Shown here one piece after another: positions 61,090-64,000 of a stretch of DNA of 64,000 nucleotides. Origin of the DNA: a virus (lineage: Duplodnaviria > Caudoviricetes). Position 1 is the first letter of the stretch. Each line of letters begins with the position of its first letter. The translations under genes and the position numbers were made by a program. The notes under the pieces are model-generated. The model worked only from the letters and a program-made list of their open reading frames with translations, had not been told where the DNA came from and searched no databases. The stretch covers positions 113,648 to 177,647 of IMG/VR virus record IMGVR_UViG_3300011008_000034; one strand, given 5' to 3'.

Positions 61090-61953
61090 TCACTCCACTG
61101 GTATAATTTCATCTAAATCTTGATTAAAATGTTGTTGATTATATTCCTCTGCAGATTGTTCAAAAGCCAATGTACGTTTTATAAAATCTTCCTGAGATTC
61201 GTACTGATTTCCTTTTACTTCACTTCCTGGTAATTCAGTAAATTCTTCATTTGATTCTTCCATCATAACTTTTAATTTTTCGTCAAAATCATCGTCAGAT
61301 ATGGTACTTCCATAACTAACTTTAGACATACCTTGTAAAGGAGAATTATCTTTTAATGCTTCTTCTTTTTCTTTTATATGACTAAATAGCTCAGGATTCA
61401 TAAACATACATAAATAATCACGTTTTGCTTTTTCTAATTCTTCATCTTCATCAAATTTTTTACGCATATTATACCAATACCATAACCACTGATAATCATT
61501 CATATCTTTTACTCGTTGTTCTGTTGGTAATGCGTGTGCATCTTGCATAACATAAAATTTAATGCGTTCAAATGATGGTTGTGTAAATTCTTCTATAATA
61601 TCTTCGTGAGAAATAGCTTCATGCTGAATATATTCCAATTCATCATATTTCTCATATAATTTATCAAATAATATAGGAGATAAATGATCGATTAACTGTG
61701 ATTTTTGTTCGTCCGATAAAGTGATACTATTAATAGACAGAAGAGATTTTGTTAAAATCATTGATTGAAATTTTCTTTGCCTTGTTAAATCATCTAAATC
61801 GAGCTTTAAAACATAGTTAGAGATTTCATTACGTTCATCATATGAAATTGTTTTTAAGACCCATGTTTTATTACAAAAATCAAATTCTTTTGTGGCATAT
61901 CCTTTAAAAATAAATTGTTCAATAATATTTTTTAACTGTTCTCTTTCTGCCAT
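61090..61953 (-). CDS. Tail assembly chaperone-like protein, long form
   Basis: Directly upstream of the first TMP-like gene; N-terminal chaperone-like domain plus an acidic extension (ALPTEQRVKDMNDYQWLW). Confidence 0.6.
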   Translation of the reverse strand: MAEREQLKNIIEQFIFKGYATKEFDFCNKTWVLKTISYDERNEISNYVLKLDLDDLTRQRKFQSMILTKSLLSINSITLSDEQKSQLIDHLSPILFDKLYEKYDELEYIQHEAISHEDIIEEFTQPSFERIKFYVMQDAHALPTEQRVKDMNDYQWLWYWYNMRKKFDEDEELEKAKRDYLCMFMNPELFSHIKEKEEALKDNSPLQGMSKVSYGSTISDDDFDEKLKVMMEESNEEFTELPGSEVKGNQYESQEDFIKRTLAFEQSAEEYNQQHFNQDLDEIIPVE

Positions 61954-62075
61954 CTAATATCACTCCTTTATTTATAAAATAGATCATAATGTGGCAATAA
62001 AAAATAAGGTAAAATTTTGTTTACCTTATAATGAATCAAATTTGACATATCTTTGTGTATCATTATGTTTGTTAT

Positions 62076-62109
62076 AAAAAAGAGAGGATTTCCGCTCCTC
62101 TCTATTTTT
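62076..62109. terminator. Probable bidirectional terminator
   Basis: A-run, AGAGAGGA-7nt-TCCTCTCT, T-run. Confidence 0.6.
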
Positions 62110-62415
62110 ATATAACCTGGTTTTGTTTTGTATAAACTATTCATGTACACTCTAGAATGTCTCTGGAGAGTACCAATAGGTGTACGTATATAAATATATA
62201 AATGATAAAAATGATTTAATTATTTTTATTTTTGTAAATTCCATTTATATTAGATAAGTATATTCGTACATTAAACTTCTATATTTCTTAAAATTTTTGA
62301 AGAAATTAATTGAAACATATCCCTTTTTTCTTCTTTGATAAATTTGCAAACCAACAGAGTTTCAGTGTGTCTATCATTTGTGTCGAATTTACAGAGTTCA
62401 ATTTGTTATGCCTCC

Positions 62416-63324
62416 TTAATAACCAATTGCTTGCCAGTAGAAACCATAGCCCCGACCAGCGGTGCGTCTCCCTTTTAGAGTCATATTCATAGAGTATATC
62501 GAAATACCACCCGTTATGGCAAAAATATTTTGAGAGAAATTATCATTTGACCAGGGCATACATGTAGCGTTGGCATATGTAGCAAAACTAATAGGAAATA
62601 GTACAGGAATATTTTCATTAGTAAAATCATCTGTTGATTCTGCAGTAACTTCATATATCCCCCACTGCACAATCAACCCCGATGCATACTTAATATAGCC
62701 ATTCGTGCCGAGTGATTTTGTGACGATGGCTGAGCCTGCAAGGTCATTATAATCCCATGTCAAACTGCCATCAGGAGATCCGTCTAATCTTTTCACGTTC
62801 CATTCATCGCCATTCGCAGCACATAGTCTAAACATTCCGGATTCCCCATCATTATAGTCTTTGCCAAATAATACTAAATGTGATCCATTATAAAAAACTG
62901 ACCCCGAGTGAATTTGAATACTGCCGTTATTGTTTTCTGTCATTATGGTAAAACCATTAGGTGTTATATTACCACACACAGACAAATTTTTCATTATAGT
63001 CCACGTTACAGTACCATCAGTAACCGTACCATTAATGCTTGGGTTGTTAATCGTTAATTCACTGCTACCACTCATACCTCCAATAGTACACTCTAAGTAC
63101 CATCCTGTAGGTAATGTATTGTGGTATGTGATGTCGCCAACAGAGTATGTTGTATTAGACTGACGATAACCCAATTCATTTTTGCTGATTAAATCCAATG
63201 TATTTCTAACTTCACTCGCCGAAGTATCATCTAAAAATGTATGTGCAAAGTCGCTTATATTTAAATCTTCTATAGAAGGAATAGTTTTCAGTTCGTATTC
63301 GACAGAACCATCAATTATATTCAT
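62416..63324 (-). CDS. Short tail fibre/receptor-binding protein with a gp53-like C-terminal domain
   Basis: YSVGD...YLECT..G.SG...VTDGTVTW module; SLGTNGYIKYASGLIVQWG...FPISF...YWQAIGY tip; GGGAGG SD. Confidence 0.8.
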   Translation of the reverse strand: MNIIDGSVEYELKTIPSIEDLNISDFAHTFLDDTSASEVRNTLDLISKNELGYRQSNTTYSVGDITYHNTLPTGWYLECTIGGMSGSSELTINNPSINGTVTDGTVTWTIMKNLSVCGNITPNGFTIMTENNNGSIQIHSGSVFYNGSHLVLFGKDYNDGESGMFRLCAANGDEWNVKRLDGSPDGSLTWDYNDLAGSAIVTKSLGTNGYIKYASGLIVQWGIYEVTAESTDDFTNENIPVLFPISFATYANATCMPWSNDNFSQNIFAITGGISIYSMNMTLKGRRTAGRGYGFYWQAIGY

Positions 63325-63348
63325 TTTTTAATCCTCCCTTTAATTTTT

Positions 63349-63520
63349 ATGGTGAGTTATTATCATGTATTTTATTAGACTGCTATAAAATGCTAAGATT
63401 TTTCAATATATTCAAGGAAAATTAAAAAATCAATATAAAAAAATAGTAAAAATAAATACATTTTTACTATTTATATCTTATATATGTACTTTTATGAAGG
63501 AAATCGTAATAACTCACCAT
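63349..63520. repeat. Perfect 14-bp inverted repeat enclosing 144 bp between divergent fibre genes
   Basis: ATGGTGAGTTATTA (63349-63362) and TAATAACTCACCAT (63507-63520). Confidence 0.85.
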
Positions 63521-63733
63521 TTTATTTTTAGAAACTATTAAGTTATTTTAAAAATTATAAACGTAGATACATAAAATAAATATATTTTTATCTATGTTTT
63601 TCTTTTATGTAAATTTATTTTAATGGTATTGTTTTACTTTACAAAAATCCTTCTAAAATAAAAATATTTAATGTATATGTTTAAAATCTTATAAATGTTT
63701 GGTAATAACTTAATAGAAAAAGGGGGATAAATA

Positions 63734-64000
63734 ATGAGTATAACAGATGGTTCTGTGGAATACACATTAAAAACCATATCTTCTATAGATGATTTACCAG
63801 CAATAATGAATGGTGCCACGGCAAGTACAAATGGAAAAAAAGGACTTGTACCAGCTCCAACTGCAGGAGATGAAACTAAATTCTTATGTGGCGATGGAAC
63901 ATGGAAAACACCAATAGATGAAGATACAACATATAGTGAAGCTACTACATCTACAGCTGGTCTTATGAGTGCAACCGACAAAACAAAATTAAATGGTATA
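63734..64000 (+). CDS. Tail fibre protein, 5' part only (runs off the right edge)
   Basis: AGGGGG SD; MSITDGSVEYTLKTISSIDDL...GLVPAPTAG..KFLCGDGTW...ATTSTAGLMSATDKTKLNGI fibre repeats; not in the ORF track. Confidence 0.85.
   Translation, partial: MSITDGSVEYTLKTISSIDDLPAIMNGATASTNGKKGLVPAPTAGDETKFLCGDGTWKTPIDEDTTYSEATTSTAGLMSATDKTKLNGI

Noticed and set aside
61968-62492. Short ORFs 61968-62150 and 62310-62492
   Set aside because: No clear SD; the first spans a terminator hairpin and the second overlaps the end of the fibre gene; more likely regulatory DNA
1757-63163. Numerous short ORFs antisense to or nested in long genes (e.g. 2650-2895, 12856-13173, 19295-19755, 22506-22844, 47988-48428, 56256-56774, 57366-57740, 62930-63163)
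   Set aside because: They lie opposite or inside well-supported genes, show antisense-type composition and have no motifs
63634-63981. 115-aa minus-strand ORF
   Set aside because: Antisense shadow of the plus-strand fibre gene starting at 63734, which has an SD and recognisable fibre repeats
62416-64000. Diversity-generating retroelement acting on the fibre genes
   Set aside because: No reverse transcriptase and no adenine-specific template/variable repeat pair seen; the homology is at the 5' ends and inverted
1-64000. Stop-codon reassignment; tRNA or rRNA genes
   Set aside because: Genes are long and tightly packed under the standard code, with TAA, TAG and TGA all used as stops; no tRNA or rRNA was recognisable by eye (a tRNAscan run would confirm)

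Overview
An AT-rich, gene-dense segment of a large contractile-tailed (myovirus-like) phage genome. The host is probably in the Bacillota, inferred from strong GGAGGTG Shine-Dalgarno sites and Firmicutes-type tail-fibre motifs. From left to right: (1) a minus-strand DNA-metabolism cluster with a Vsr-like free-standing endonuclease, an SF2 helicase carrying two inteins, and PC4-like, YopX-like and deaminase genes; (2) a large baseplate/fibre-type protein; (3) a 1241-aa protein with AEP/prim-pol-like motifs beside a 1.6-kb non-coding region, built from ~95-bp inverted arms around a periodic palindrome array (candidate origin or MITE-like element); (4) a plus-strand island with NAD-dependent ligase and a HrpA-like DEAH helicase; (5) a ~39-kb minus-strand baseplate/tail module. 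In that module the baseplate hub gene is split in frame by a group I intron carrying tnpB but no tnpA, and there are three paralogous ~2000-2300-aa tape-measure-like genes, each ending in a different peptidoglycan hydrolase. The window ends with two head-to-head tail-fibre genes that share an N-terminus and are separated by a segment bounded by a perfect 14-bp inverted repeat. All family assignments come from reading motifs by eye; no database searches were run.
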